Shown here piece after piece: positions 9,035 to 18,356 of a DNA stretch of 64,000 bases. Source of the DNA: an uncultured Pelagibacteraceae bacterium. GTDB taxonomy: Bacteria > Pseudomonadota > Alphaproteobacteria > Pelagibacterales > Pelagibacteraceae. A program made the position numbers and the translations under genes. The notes under the pieces are model-generated. The model worked only from the letters and a program-made list of their open reading frames with translations, was not told the origin of the DNA and did no database searches. Numbering within the stretch: position 1 is the first letter of the stretch; every line of letters starts with the position of its first letter. The stretch is from NCBI GenBank assembly GCA_902538495.1, contig CACBFJ010000004.1:5943-69942 (forward strand). The letters are read 5' to 3'.

Positions 9035-10654
9035 ATGAGAATTAGTTTTTGGCATATATCTTCTTTTTTAATTTCACTTTTTGTAATAATCCCAATACTT
9101 ACCGTCTTTTCGAGTTTTTTTGAGGATACTTCAAATTATTATCAAATTTTAAAAGACACTTTTTTAATAGAATATATATTTAACTCAATTTTTTTATTAT
9201 TTTCTGTTTTATTATTAACTTTTTTAATTGGCACTGGGTCAGCTTATTTAGTTTCTTTTTACGAATTTCCACTAAGTAATTTTTTTAAATGGAGTTTAAT
9301 ATTATCTTTTGCAGTCCCCCCGTATATCTACGCCTATTCTTTAACAGCTTTTTTTGAAAATTATGGAACTGCATATACTATTTTAAAAAATTTATTTGGT
9401 GATGGTAATTACAATCAAAATATACCTAAATTTGATGGTTTATTAGGTGTTATCTTATCTATTTCTTTTTCTTTATATGCTTATGTTTACATTTTAGCCA
9501 GAGCATCCTTTTTGTATCAATCACAAAATTTAATAGAATTAGGTAAAAACCTAGGATTTACAAAATTAAAAACATTATATTCAATTATTTTACCATCAGC
9601 ACGACCGGCTATAATTACAGGCTTATCATTGGTAGCAATGGAAACTCTAGCAGAATTTGGTGCAGTTGATTTTTTTTCAATAAATACACTAACGACAGGA
9701 ATATATAATTCTTGGATAGCCTTCGATGATTTAGCTTTTGCAAATAGATTATCATTTTTTTTGCTACTTTTTATCTTTGCACTCTTCATTATAGAAAATT
9801 TTTCGAGAAAAAAGGCAAAATACCACTTCAATTCGAGGGGTGGATTTAAGCAAAAGCATAAAATAAAACTCGAGGGAAAAAAATCCTTTCTGGCTTTCTT
9901 ATTTTGTTTTTCTGTATTCTTCTTAAGTTTTTTATTCCCTTTAAGTCAGATGATGTATTGGACACTAAAATTCCCTGAAAATTTATTTGAACTTCAAGTT
10001 TTAGATCTGTTAAAAAATACCTTATATTTGGTTTCTTTATCTAGTTTAGTTTTGATAATCTTCGCACTAATTTCTAATTATGGAAATAGAGTAACTAAAA
10101 ATAAAGTTTTAAATGTCTTGTCTACTTTATCTATTTCAGGTTATGCAATACCAGGTGTAATATTAGCAGTTGCATACATTACTTTCATTGCTTGGTTTGA
10201 TGAAAATGTAATTAAAAGTCTTGGTTTTTTTTCAATAAAAAAAATATTCATAGGATCAATAATTGGATTAGTGCTAGTTTACTTTGTTAGATTTTATTCA
10301 CTTGCATACAATGGGATAAAGTCAGGGTATGAAAAAATTAATATTGCAGTTGATGAAAGTGCGTACTTACTGGGTTACTCAAAAAGAAAAACATTTATGA
10401 ATATTCACGTTCCTTTTTTGAGAAATTCTTTGTTATTCATTATTATTTTAGTTTCACTTGAAATCATAAGAGAATTACCAATAACATTGATTCTAAGACC
10501 CTTTAATTTTGAAACTTTTGCGACAACTGCTTATATTTCTGCATCAGAAGATTTACTTGAAGCTGCAGCTGTGCCATCATTATTTTTAATTTTAATTGCA
10601 TCCTTTTTTATTATAATTGCATCCAAATATATTTTGAGAGAAAACAATGAATAA
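9035..10654 (+). CDS. Fe(III) ABC transporter permease (FbpB type)
   Basis: Duplicated TM domains with EAA-like loops, LP.ARPAI, METLAEFG, ELP.TL.LRPFNFET.A. Confidence 0.93.
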   Translation: MRISFWHISSFLISLFVIIPILTVFSSFFEDTSNYYQILKDTFLIEYIFNSIFLLFSVLLLTFLIGTGSAYLVSFYEFPLSNFFKWSLILSFAVPPYIYAYSLTAFFENYGTAYTILKNLFGDGNYNQNIPKFDGLLGVILSISFSLYAYVYILARASFLYQSQNLIELGKNLGFTKLKTLYSIILPSARPAIITGLSLVAMETLAEFGAVDFFSINTLTTGIYNSWIAFDDLAFANRLSFFLLLFIFALFIIENFSRKKAKYHFNSRGGFKQKHKIKLEGKKSFLAFLFCFSVFFLSFLFPLSQMMYWTLKFPENLFELQVLDLLKNTLYLVSLSSLVLIIFALISNYGNRVTKNKVLNVLSTLSISGYAIPGVILAVAYITFIAWFDENVIKSLGFFSIKKIFIGSIIGLVLVYFVRFYSLAYNGIKSGYEKINIAVDESAYLLGYSKRKTFMNIHVPFLRNSLLFIIILVSLEIIRELPITLILRPFNFETFATTAYISASEDLLEAAAVPSLFLILIASFFIIIASKYILRENNE

Positions 10655-11705
10655 TTTCTTTGAGGTAAAAAATGTTGACTTTGTTGCTGGAGGTAAAACA
10701 AAAGTAAGAAACATGTCTTTTGCAATTGAAAACGAGGGTGATGTTATATGTCTACTTGGTCCCTCGGGAATAGGCAAAACAACTATATTAAGAACAATTG
10801 CTGGGTTACAAAAAATTAAAAATGGATCTATTGAGCTTAAAGGTAAAATAATATCCTCTAGCGATGTGAATGTTGAGCCTGAGGATAGAAATATTTCTTT
10901 AGCTTTCCAAGAGAATAGTTTGTTTCCACATTATACAGTAGAAAAAAATATTTTATTGGGTTTAGAAAAAAATAAAGGAAAAAAAGAAAAACAAATTGAT
11001 TTAAAGGAAATTTTAGATTTATTAGATCTTTCTAATATATTAAAACAGTACCCTCACCAAATAAGTGCTGGCGAAGCCCAGAGAACATCTTTAGCAAGAA
11101 CTTTGCTTACTCAACCTGATCTACTATTGCTTGATGAACCTTTGTCTAATGTTGATCAAAGTTTTAAAGAGGAAATTCAAATTAGGTTAAAAAAAATTCT
11201 AAAAAATTTAAAAATCTCAACTATAATTGTGACTCATGATTCCTACGAAGCTTTTTATTTAGGCTCAAAATGTGGAATTATTTTTGATCAAGAGCTTAGA
11301 CAGTTTGATGATCCTTACAAACTTTATCATCTTCCAAATTCAATAGATGTGGTGAATTTTTTAAATAGAGGTGTTTTGATACCAGCAGAAGTAACAAGTC
11401 CCAAAAGTTTAGAAAATAAAGACCTTGGAACTATTACAGGAAATTTTATTAAGCCTTTTCCAATTGGTTCAAATGTTCAGTTATTAGTTCAACCAGAAGA
11501 CTTGCAACATGATGACCAAAGTAATTTAAAATTAGAGGTTGTTGATAGAAAATTTAGAGGAACAAACTTTATTTATACTTTAAAGACACCCAGCAATAGA
11601 TTAATTCCGGTGTTTGTTCACTCTCATCATATTCATCAACATGAAGTTAGTGAAAAATTTGGGATTAAAAGACCAATTCATATTGATCATATAGTTTGCT
11701 TCTAA
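10647..11705 (+). CDS. Fe(III) ABC transporter ATP-binding protein (FbpC type)
   Basis: Walker A GPSGIGKTT, ISAGEAQR, Walker B LLLLDEP, C-terminal TOBE-like region. Confidence 0.92.
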   Translation: MNNFFEVKNVDFVAGGKTKVRNMSFAIENEGDVICLLGPSGIGKTTILRTIAGLQKIKNGSIELKGKIISSSDVNVEPEDRNISLAFQENSLFPHYTVEKNILLGLEKNKGKKEKQIDLKEILDLLDLSNILKQYPHQISAGEAQRTSLARTLLTQPDLLLLDEPLSNVDQSFKEEIQIRLKKILKNLKISTIIVTHDSYEAFYLGSKCGIIFDQELRQFDDPYKLYHLPNSIDVVNFLNRGVLIPAEVTSPKSLENKDLGTITGNFIKPFPIGSNVQLLVQPEDLQHDDQSNLKLEVVDRKFRGTNFIYTLKTPSNRLIPVFVHSHHIHQHEVSEKFGIKRPIHIDHIVCF

Positions 11706-11723
11706 TAAAAACCTTTTAGAAAA

Positions 11724-12416
11724 ATGAAAAGTAACTTAAAAGTTTTTTTAAAGGGAATTATTGATGTAAGCCCACTGATGATTCCGGTTGTTCCCTTTGG
11801 TTTAATTTTTGGAGTTCTTGCTATTGATGTTGGATTTACTCCAATTGAAACAATGGCAATGTCTTTAATTATTTTTGGTGGCGCTTCTCAGATAGTTTTA
11901 TTGCAATTATTTTCTGGTGGTGCATCTTCTTTAGTAATAATTAGCTCAGTTGGTGCAGTGAACTCCAGACATTTACTTTACGGAGCTGTCGTATCAGAGC
12001 ATTTGTCAGATTTGAAGTTGATTTGGAAGATTATTATATCCTATTTTTTAATCGATCAGGCATTTGCAATTTCAAATGAATATTTAAAAAAGAATAAGGA
12101 CCATAATAGATACTTTCACTTAGTAGGCGGAGGAGCTACTTGTTGGGTAATTTGGCAATCGACCACATTTTTAGGAATTATACTTGGAGCAGCAATTCCA
12201 GAAAAACTTGGACTAAGTTTTGCAGTTCCTTTAACATTTTTAGCTTTATTGGTTAATGACTTTAGAAAATTTATAAATGTGATTGTAATAATTATTTCAG
12301 GTTTGGTAGCGACTTTGGGATATAATTATATTCCTTTTAAAGCTTACGTTATTGTTGCGGCTCTAGCAGGATTATTCACTGCAATGATATTAACAAGGAA
12401 AAATAAAAAAGCATGA
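11724..12416 (+). CDS. azlC: AzlC family branched-chain amino acid exporter
   Basis: PFGLIFG, MS.IIFGGASQ, N.RH.LYG. Confidence 0.88.
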   Translation: MKSNLKVFLKGIIDVSPLMIPVVPFGLIFGVLAIDVGFTPIETMAMSLIIFGGASQIVLLQLFSGGASSLVIISSVGAVNSRHLLYGAVVSEHLSDLKLIWKIIISYFLIDQAFAISNEYLKKNKDHNRYFHLVGGGATCWVIWQSTTFLGIILGAAIPEKLGLSFAVPLTFLALLVNDFRKFINVIVIIISGLVATLGYNYIPFKAYVIVAALAGLFTAMILTRKNKKA

Positions 12417-12727
12417 GCAACTGGGCATTAATTTTATATTGTGGATTGATTACTTATTTAACAAGGTTTTCTATGATAGCTTTAATTAAAAAGGAAATGT
12501 TCAATGATAGAATTAGAGAGATATTATCATTTGTGCCATCTGCAATATTTCCTGCGATAATCTTTCCAGCTATTTTTATTAATGACATAGGATTAATTAA
12601 AATAGATGATAATCCAAAGATATTGGCTGCAATAATTGCAATGTTTATTGGTATTTTCTCCAGAAGTATAATTGCGACAATATTTTCAGGATTAGCATCT
12701 TATTGGTTTTTAATATTTGTTGTATAA
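12413..12727 (+). CDS. azlD: AzlD domain protein
   Basis: Small hydrophobic protein overlapping azlC; TY.TR, L.FVP.A. Confidence 0.82.
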   Translation: MSNWALILYCGLITYLTRFSMIALIKKEMFNDRIREILSFVPSAIFPAIIFPAIFINDIGLIKIDDNPKILAAIIAMFIGIFSRSIIATIFSGLASYWFLIFVV

Positions 12728-12733
12728 ACAATT

Positions 12734-13102
12734 ATGAAAAAAATTTTAACTTTTTGTTTTCTTTTGTTAGCATTCAATGTTAATGCCATGGAAAAAGAAA
12801 CAACTTTTAAAAAAGACTTATTTGACAAAGCACAATCTGAGGGCAAGGTTGTAGTAGTGAGCTCTTGGATTAAGTATTGTCCCTCATGCGCAAGTCAAAT
12901 GAAAGTTTTGCAAAAAGCAAAAAATGATTTTGATAACATTGAATATTTTGCATTTGATGTAACAAATAGAGAAATTTCTGACATGTTTAATGTGCAATAT
13001 CAAACAACTCTTCTAATTTTCAAAAATAATAAAGAGGTTTATAGAAGTATTGGAGAAATTAAAAAAGAAGCAATCTACAAAGCTCTTAAATCCTCAATTT
13101 AA
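12734..13102 (+). CDS. Exported thioredoxin-like protein
   Basis: Signal peptide, CPSC motif, Trx-fold pattern F.V..Q.TL..FK. Confidence 0.75.
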   Translation: MKKILTFCFLLLAFNVNAMEKETTFKKDLFDKAQSEGKVVVVSSWIKYCPSCASQMKVLQKAKNDFDNIEYFAFDVTNREISDMFNVQYQTTLLIFKNNKEVYRSIGEIKKEAIYKALKSSI

Positions 13103-13103
13103 T

Positions 13104-13784
13104 TTAAGCACCCAATTTAATATTTCTTGAAACATTTGCCTCAAGTTGATCTGGTTTTTTTAAACCTAAATTATTCATAATTTCAATATACTGATCTTTG
13201 CTATCAACTTGTAACCTAGGGTTATTTTTTCTTTCTTTTCCAATTGTGCTAAATTTTTCTCCTTTATAGTCATGAGCGGGGTAAAGAAGAGTTTCGTCTG
13301 GTAATTTTAGGAGTTTATTAAATATGGAGTTATAAGAATCTATAGCATTTCCATTTTGAAAATCTGTTCTACCTGTCCCATTTATCAACAAAGTGTCACC
13401 AGAAAATAGATAGTTATCCATCAGAAAACTATAGCTATCTGAAGTATGTCCAGGTGTATACATAGCTCTTAATTTGATGTTATCTAAATTAATATACTCA
13501 TCATCTTTAACTCTGATTTCAACCGTATCAGCCGGAGTATGATCGCCCATTATTCTCGAGCATTTTGTAATGTCCTTTAATTTTGAGGCACCAGTTACGT
13601 GATCTGCATGTATATGGGTATCAATAACTTTGACAAGTTTTAAATTAAGTTCTTTTAATAAATTTACGTATTTATTTACATTTTCTATTACAGGATCAAT
13701 AATTAAAGCCTCTCTACCTTCCCCAGAAGAAATAAGATATGTGTATGTTGATGATCTATTGTCAAATAATTGTCTAAAAATCAT
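13104..13784 (-). CDS. MBL-fold protein, persulfide dioxygenase (ETHE1/Sdo)-like
   Basis: FRQLFD..SSTYTYL, THIHADH.TG, TPGHT, GTGRTDFQ, YPAHDY.G. Confidence 0.85.
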   Translation of the reverse strand: MIFRQLFDNRSSTYTYLISSGEGREALIIDPVIENVNKYVNLLKELNLKLVKVIDTHIHADHVTGASKLKDITKCSRIMGDHTPADTVEIRVKDDEYINLDNIKLRAMYTPGHTSDSYSFLMDNYLFSGDTLLINGTGRTDFQNGNAIDSYNSIFNKLLKLPDETLLYPAHDYKGEKFSTIGKERKNNPRLQVDSKDQYIEIMNNLGLKKPDQLEANVSRNIKLGA

Positions 13785-13853
13785 TAATTTACACTATCAT
13801 ACATGTATAATTTGACCCATTGTTAAAATTGTGAAAATTAATATTTATTCACC

Positions 13854-14357
13854 ATGAAACAGATTATAACATTATTCATTTTAGTACTTTATTGCTTACC
13901 ATCTTTTGCTGACAAAAATATGAAAATTGGTTCGAAAGGAAAAGAAGGTGATATTAACCGAATCATAAAAGTAAAGATGTATGATAATTATTATGAACCT
14001 AGTTCTTTTCAAATTAAAGCAGGTGAAACAATAAAGTTTGAAGTTGAAAATGTGGGTGAGTTAGTCCACGAATTTAATATAGCAAATAAAATGATGCACA
14101 TGAAGCATCAGCCTGAAATGGAAAAAATGGTTGAAAATGAAATACTTTTAGCTGACTCAATTGATAAAGAGAAAATGAAAAAAATGGCAAAAATGGATAA
14201 AGCCATGGGTCATTCACATAGCAATAGTGTTTTGTTAGCACCAAAAGAAAAGGAAGATATTATTTGGAAATTTGATAATGCCGTAAATATTGAAATTGCA
14301 TGCAACGTGCCAGGTCATTATCAAGTTGGAATGATTGCTAAAGTTGATATAAACTAA
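13854..14357 (+). CDS. Periplasmic cupredoxin (CopI-like)
   Basis: Signal peptide, N.GELVHEF, C-terminal CNVPGHYQVGM type-1 Cu ligands, Met/His-rich insert. Confidence 0.85.
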   Translation: MKQIITLFILVLYCLPSFADKNMKIGSKGKEGDINRIIKVKMYDNYYEPSSFQIKAGETIKFEVENVGELVHEFNIANKMMHMKHQPEMEKMVENEILLADSIDKEKMKKMAKMDKAMGHSHSNSVLLAPKEKEDIIWKFDNAVNIEIACNVPGHYQVGMIAKVDIN

Positions 14358-14361
14358 TTCA

Positions 14362-14808
14362 ATGGACAATGCAGTCAACGCCAATTTTAATTGGTCGTGT
14401 AAATTTACATGGAAAAGAAGTGCTAAAAACACTGGTTGGTGTTTATTAGGTTGTGCAATTGGTGATTTTGGTACTATTTTATTTTTCCAACTAACTAAGA
14501 TTCCATTCCCAGTTATGGGAATAATGACTTTAGCTATCATCAACGGACTAATTACAAGTATTATTTTAGAGACAATAATCTTAATGCGACAAAGTTTTGA
14601 TTTTTCTAAAGCATTAAAAACAGCAATGGGAATGAGTTTTATATCAATGATAAGTATGGAGATCATGATGAATTTGACTGATTACTTTTTAACAGGTGGC
14701 GCAATTCTTACTTGGTGGGTAGTTCCAATTATGCTCTTAGTTGGGTTCTTAACACCTTGGCCTTATAATTATTGGAGACTAAAAAAATTTAATATTGCGT
14801 GTCATTAA
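14362..14808 (+). CDS. DUF4396 membrane protein
   Basis: T.WCL.GC.IGD, SM.SME..MN, GF..PWPYNYW. Confidence 0.78.
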   Translation: MDNAVNANFNWSCKFTWKRSAKNTGWCLLGCAIGDFGTILFFQLTKIPFPVMGIMTLAIINGLITSIILETIILMRQSFDFSKALKTAMGMSFISMISMEIMMNLTDYFLTGGAILTWWVVPIMLLVGFLTPWPYNYWRLKKFNIACH

Positions 14809-15506
14809 AAAATTGGGACAACAAAACTTGGCTTTCATCATCGTCTTATATTAAATCTTTTAATAATTTTTTATTAAAACAAGTTAAATTAAATAAAAAC
14901 AGTCAGATTTTAGATATTGGTTGTGGCAGGGGTAAGATACTAGGAAGCTTGTCATCAAAGTTAAGCTTAAAGAGAAAATCTATAGGTATAGATATAGAAA
15001 ATCACAAAGATAGGGATAAAAGAATAATTTTTAAAAAAATTGATGCACTTAAATTTTTAAAAAAGAATAAAAAAACATTTGATCTAATTTTATTAAAACA
15101 AACTATTCATCTTTTTAAAATTAAAGATATTAAGACTATACTTAAATTGTCAAAGACATTGCTAAATCCAAACGGTAAAATTATTATTTTTACTCTAGAC
15201 CCCATTAATAATGAAATTCCAACATTTTCGATTATGAAAAAAAAGCTGAAAAAAGCCTTAATAAGAGACAAGAAAATTATTAAATCAATTTCATATTCAT
15301 TCAAAGGAAAACTCGTTAGAGGGTTTAGTTATAAAGTTAAAATTTCAAGGATAAAATATATGGAAATGGTAAATAGCAAATATATATCGGTGTTGTTGGG
15401 TATGAGCCATAAGATAATATCTAGTGGTTTAAATGAAATAAAGAAAAAGTATAAAAAACAAATATCTTTTCAAGATAAATTGATTTGTCTAGTTTTGAAT
15501 AGATAA
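14799..15506 (+). CDS. Class I SAM-dependent methyltransferase
   Basis: ILDIGCGRG motif I, FDLI, L.P.G. Confidence 0.82.
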   Translation: MSLKNWDNKTWLSSSSYIKSFNNFLLKQVKLNKNSQILDIGCGRGKILGSLSSKLSLKRKSIGIDIENHKDRDKRIIFKKIDALKFLKKNKKTFDLILLKQTIHLFKIKDIKTILKLSKTLLNPNGKIIIFTLDPINNEIPTFSIMKKKLKKALIRDKKIIKSISYSFKGKLVRGFSYKVKISRIKYMEMVNSKYISVLLGMSHKIISSGLNEIKKKYKKQISFQDKLICLVLNR

Positions 15507-15520
15507 ATTAACAAAATAAT

Positions 15521-15566
15521 TTAGGGGTTTGCTCTCTAGTTAATTAACCAAAAGAGCAGCCCCTAA
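15521..15566 (-). terminator. Long stem-loop, likely the 3' end of the minus-strand RNA (may also terminate the convergent methyltransferase)
   Basis: TTAGGGG-C-TGCTCTTTTGGTT-AATT-AACTAGAGAGCA-AA-CCCCTAA followed by ATTATTTT on the minus strand. Confidence 0.6.
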
Positions 15567-15643
15567 TTTGCCGTTCTGGCATTTAAGTCCGAATGGACTT
15601 TATATTTTTTATTTACGTTTTTATGAAGTATGAAAATACCCAG

Positions 15644-15670
15644 CTAAGTATCAGGTGGTGTTTGATTCAT
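15644..15670 (-). CDS. Candidate 8-aa micro-peptide MNQTPPDT
   Basis: AAGGAGGT (15678-15685 on the minus strand) lies 7 nt before ATG AAT CAA ACA CCA CCT GAT ACT TAG. Confidence 0.45.
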   Translation of the reverse strand: MNQTPPDT

Positions 15671-15860
15671 TAAAGCTACCTCCTTAATTAAAGATTAAAT
15701 TTTGATCAGGTTGTAATCAATAAATTTATTTAAATTTTCTGAAAATATATTTCTTGAATACAACCTAAGTATTTAATAATATTCCCGCATCTAAAATAAT
15801 TTCACTTATTAATAGAAAATTTTCATTTGCATAAATATTGAGAATAGTTAAAATTTTAAT

Positions 15861-16040
15861 GTGAAATATATTAATGGAATAGTAAAATTATTTTTAAGTT
15901 TATTAGTCTCTACCATAATTATTTATGCAATCAATATAGTTGCTGGATTCGCTGGAGCGGATTATTCTTTCACCCATGGTGAAACTTTTGTCATTTGGAT
16001 ATTAATGGCAATATTAGTGAATAATTGTTTTAATAAATAA
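15861..16040 (+). CDS. 59-aa two-TM small membrane protein (absent from the ORF track)
   Basis: GTG...TAA open frame: MKYINGIVKLFLSLLVSTIIIYAINIVAGFAGADYSFTHGETFVIWILMAILVNNCFNK; stop abuts the convergent gene. Confidence 0.65.
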   Translation: MKYINGIVKLFLSLLVSTIIIYAINIVAGFAGADYSFTHGETFVIWILMAILVNNCFNK

Positions 16041-16041
16041 T

Positions 16042-17142
16042 TTATATATTAAATTTTCTTTTTAGATGCTTAATTTTTCCTTCAGTACTATCATAATCTA
16101 TATAACAACCTTGAAGAAATCTATTACCCTCATTAGCATTAAAGGATGTCCTTCCATGAAGAAGTCGATAATTATCCATCATTAATAGATCTCCCGGAAG
16201 AAGTTTAAATTCAATTCTATATTTGCTTGAATTATACAATTCAGAAATTTTATTTCTTGCCTTATAGTAAACATCTAATTTATTTTTATCAATTAATGGA
16301 ACAAAATCTAACCTTGGGCTAAATCTAACCTGTTTAAAATTTTTATTTTCATCTAATTCAATCATCTCAGCCCAATTCTCTAATATTACATCCTTATCTA
16401 TAAATTGATATTTTACCTTCACCTCAGTTAAAATTTTATAATATTCAGGATATTTTTCTTTTAATTCCTCTGTAACTGTAAAGCCATCTACCAAAGTAGA
16501 GTATCCACCTTCAACTGCATTTTCAATACAATGCAATATTTGAATACATGGAACTGGATTTCTATAAGGATTATCAGTATGAGGTGCTAAAGGTAAAGAT
16601 GTATAAGCTAGATCATTAGGATTGGGTTTTGATTTTACATTAAAGAATTCACCAAAATTCGTTCTCCTTATACTACCTATAGAATTTGCGAATTTTACTA
16701 GAAAATTGTTATCTGTCGGCACATTTTTGAAAATAATGAAACCATATTTATAGAAACTTATTAAAGCTTCATACATTATTTTTTCTTCAAATATATTTTC
16801 ACTGAACTGAAAATTATTTAGATTTTTTAAAGAAGAGTCCCATTTAGTTTTTTTGATAAATTTTATATCATTAATACCAGAATATTCTTCAAAGATACTT
16901 TGAATTGATATTTTTGTTTCAACTCCGTCATTAAAAGAAATCTCTAAAAAATTATCAGTCAAATTTACTTTATTTATTTTAATATTTTGATTGAGCGTTG
17001 TTGGATCAAACAATCTTTGTTTGGTACCTTTATCAACAAAATCTACACCGTTCACTCTTTCTCTCAACCAGAATGGGTGTATTTCTTTTTTTGATCCTTG
17101 ATTTTCAAAAAAAACTTTATTGTCTGAAAGTTCAATTTTCAT
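16042..17142 (-). CDS. TauD/TfdA family dioxygenase, gamma-butyrobetaine hydroxylase-like
   Basis: N-terminal WLRE...T.QRL domain, LAYT...L.PHTDNPYR, VDGF, DN.RLLHGR. Confidence 0.87.
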   Translation of the reverse strand: MKIELSDNKVFFENQGSKKEIHPFWLRERVNGVDFVDKGTKQRLFDPTTLNQNIKINKVNLTDNFLEISFNDGVETKISIQSIFEEYSGINDIKFIKKTKWDSSLKNLNNFQFSENIFEEKIMYEALISFYKYGFIIFKNVPTDNNFLVKFANSIGSIRRTNFGEFFNVKSKPNPNDLAYTSLPLAPHTDNPYRNPVPCIQILHCIENAVEGGYSTLVDGFTVTEELKEKYPEYYKILTEVKVKYQFIDKDVILENWAEMIELDENKNFKQVRFSPRLDFVPLIDKNKLDVYYKARNKISELYNSSKYRIEFKLLPGDLLMMDNYRLLHGRTSFNANEGNRFLQGCYIDYDSTEGKIKHLKRKFNI

Positions 17143-17207
17143 AATGATTCTTATGATTATTTAAAATTTTACTTTAATCAATACAAATTAAATTGTAATA
17201 GTCTCTT

Positions 17208-18014
17208 GTGATTAAATTAAAATCTTCAGAATATAAAAAATACTCTAAATTTCTTAATAATTTAGCAAATAAACTTACTAGATTTTATTTCTTAAAATTA
17301 AACAAGCCATTTAAAGTTTCAAATAAGTTAAAGGGCACAGGTTATGACCCTGTTACTAACGCAGATATTGCTTTTGAAAAATTTATAAGAAAAGAGATTA
17401 GTAATAAATTTCCCACTCATCAAATTATAGGTGAGGAATTTAAAAATAAAAAAACCAAAAGTGATTTTTCTTGGGTTATTGACCCAATTGATGGTACAAG
17501 ATCTTTCGTTATAGGTAACCCAACCTGGAGTAACCTCATTTCGCTAAATTTTAAAGGAATACCAATTTTAGGTCTTGCTAATTTTCCAATTTTAAAAAAA
17601 TATTATTTTAACGAAACAGATAAAGTTGCTTTTGTGTGTGAAAATGGAATTAAAAAAAGATTAAAAGTGAATAAAAAAGTAACTTTCAAAAATATGAAAT
17701 TGTCGGCTGCATTTCATGGTAGCTTATCTTTAAACCAACAAAAAAAGATACCACAAATATTAAAACGAATGCAATTTCCGTGTGCTGATGCTTTAAGTTA
17801 TTCACATTTTGCAGAGGGAAAAATAGATATTGTAATTCAATGTGGAAATAAAATTTGGGATATCCATGCTTTAATTCCCATAATAAGAGCAGCCGAAGGA
17901 ATAGTTACCACGTGGAAAAATGAGGATCCAAAAAAAGCAGGAAACATTATTTGTGCGCCAAACAAAAAACTTCATAAAAAAATAGTGAAAATATTAAAAC
18001 CTGTGGCTAAGTAG
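17208..18014 (+). CDS. Inositol monophosphatase family protein, probably histidinol-phosphate phosphatase (HisN type)
   Basis: DPVT.AD, IIGEE, WVIDPIDGTRSF, WD..AL.PII..A.G. Confidence 0.8.
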   Translation: MIKLKSSEYKKYSKFLNNLANKLTRFYFLKLNKPFKVSNKLKGTGYDPVTNADIAFEKFIRKEISNKFPTHQIIGEEFKNKKTKSDFSWVIDPIDGTRSFVIGNPTWSNLISLNFKGIPILGLANFPILKKYYFNETDKVAFVCENGIKKRLKVNKKVTFKNMKLSAAFHGSLSLNQQKKIPQILKRMQFPCADALSYSHFAEGKIDIVIQCGNKIWDIHALIPIIRAAEGIVTTWKNEDPKKAGNIICAPNKKLHKKIVKILKPVAK

Positions 18015-18342
18015 CCTTGCCAAGTGTATTTAGTAAAATTACACCAATAATAATTAATATTATTCCTATAATTCCATATAGATTTGGGATTTGATTGTAT
18101 TTAAACACGCCAAATAAAGTTACTGCAGTGATAGTTAATCCGCCATAAGTTGCATAAGTGAAACCAACTGGAATAATATTCATTGCTTTAGATAAACAAA
18201 AAATACAAGCAATTATAGAAACTATACAAAAAATAGTTGGACCAATATTAGTAAAACCATTTGTAGATTTTAAAAAACCATTAGAGGTTATTCCAAGAAC
18301 AATAGCCAATATAAGAAATATATATCCCGATAAATTACTCAC
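18007..18342 (-). CDS. SMR/DMT family small transporter
   Basis: Four TM helices, LK.T.GFT, IPVG..YA; canonical SMR Glu not evident. Confidence 0.75.
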   Translation of the reverse strand: MSNLSGYIFLILAIVLGITSNGFLKSTNGFTNIGPTIFCIVSIIACIFCLSKAMNIIPVGFTYATYGGLTITAVTLFGVFKYNQIPNLYGIIGIILIIIGVILLNTLGKAT

Positions 18343-18356
18343 AATTAAACCTATGA

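Larger units (their letters stand above)
15510..15770 (-). ncRNA. Candidate structured small RNA or dual-function transcript
   Basis: Five inverted repeats in an ORF-free gap (15708-15766, 15635-15652, 15585-15600, 15570-15580, 15521-15566); G-U pairs favour the minus strand. Confidence 0.5.

Noticed and set aside
15563-15670. Read-through of the micro-ORF TAG into 26 further sense codons (pyrrolysine or recoding)
   Set aside because: The extension has no recognisable features and no pyl genes are seen; an open run of this length can arise by chance
15507-15780. tmRNA, 6S, SRP RNA, RNase P or a riboswitch
   Set aside because: No tRNA-like ends, ALAA-type tag, SRP loop or RNase P core is visible, and there is no downstream co-oriented gene for a riboswitch; an Rfam search is still needed
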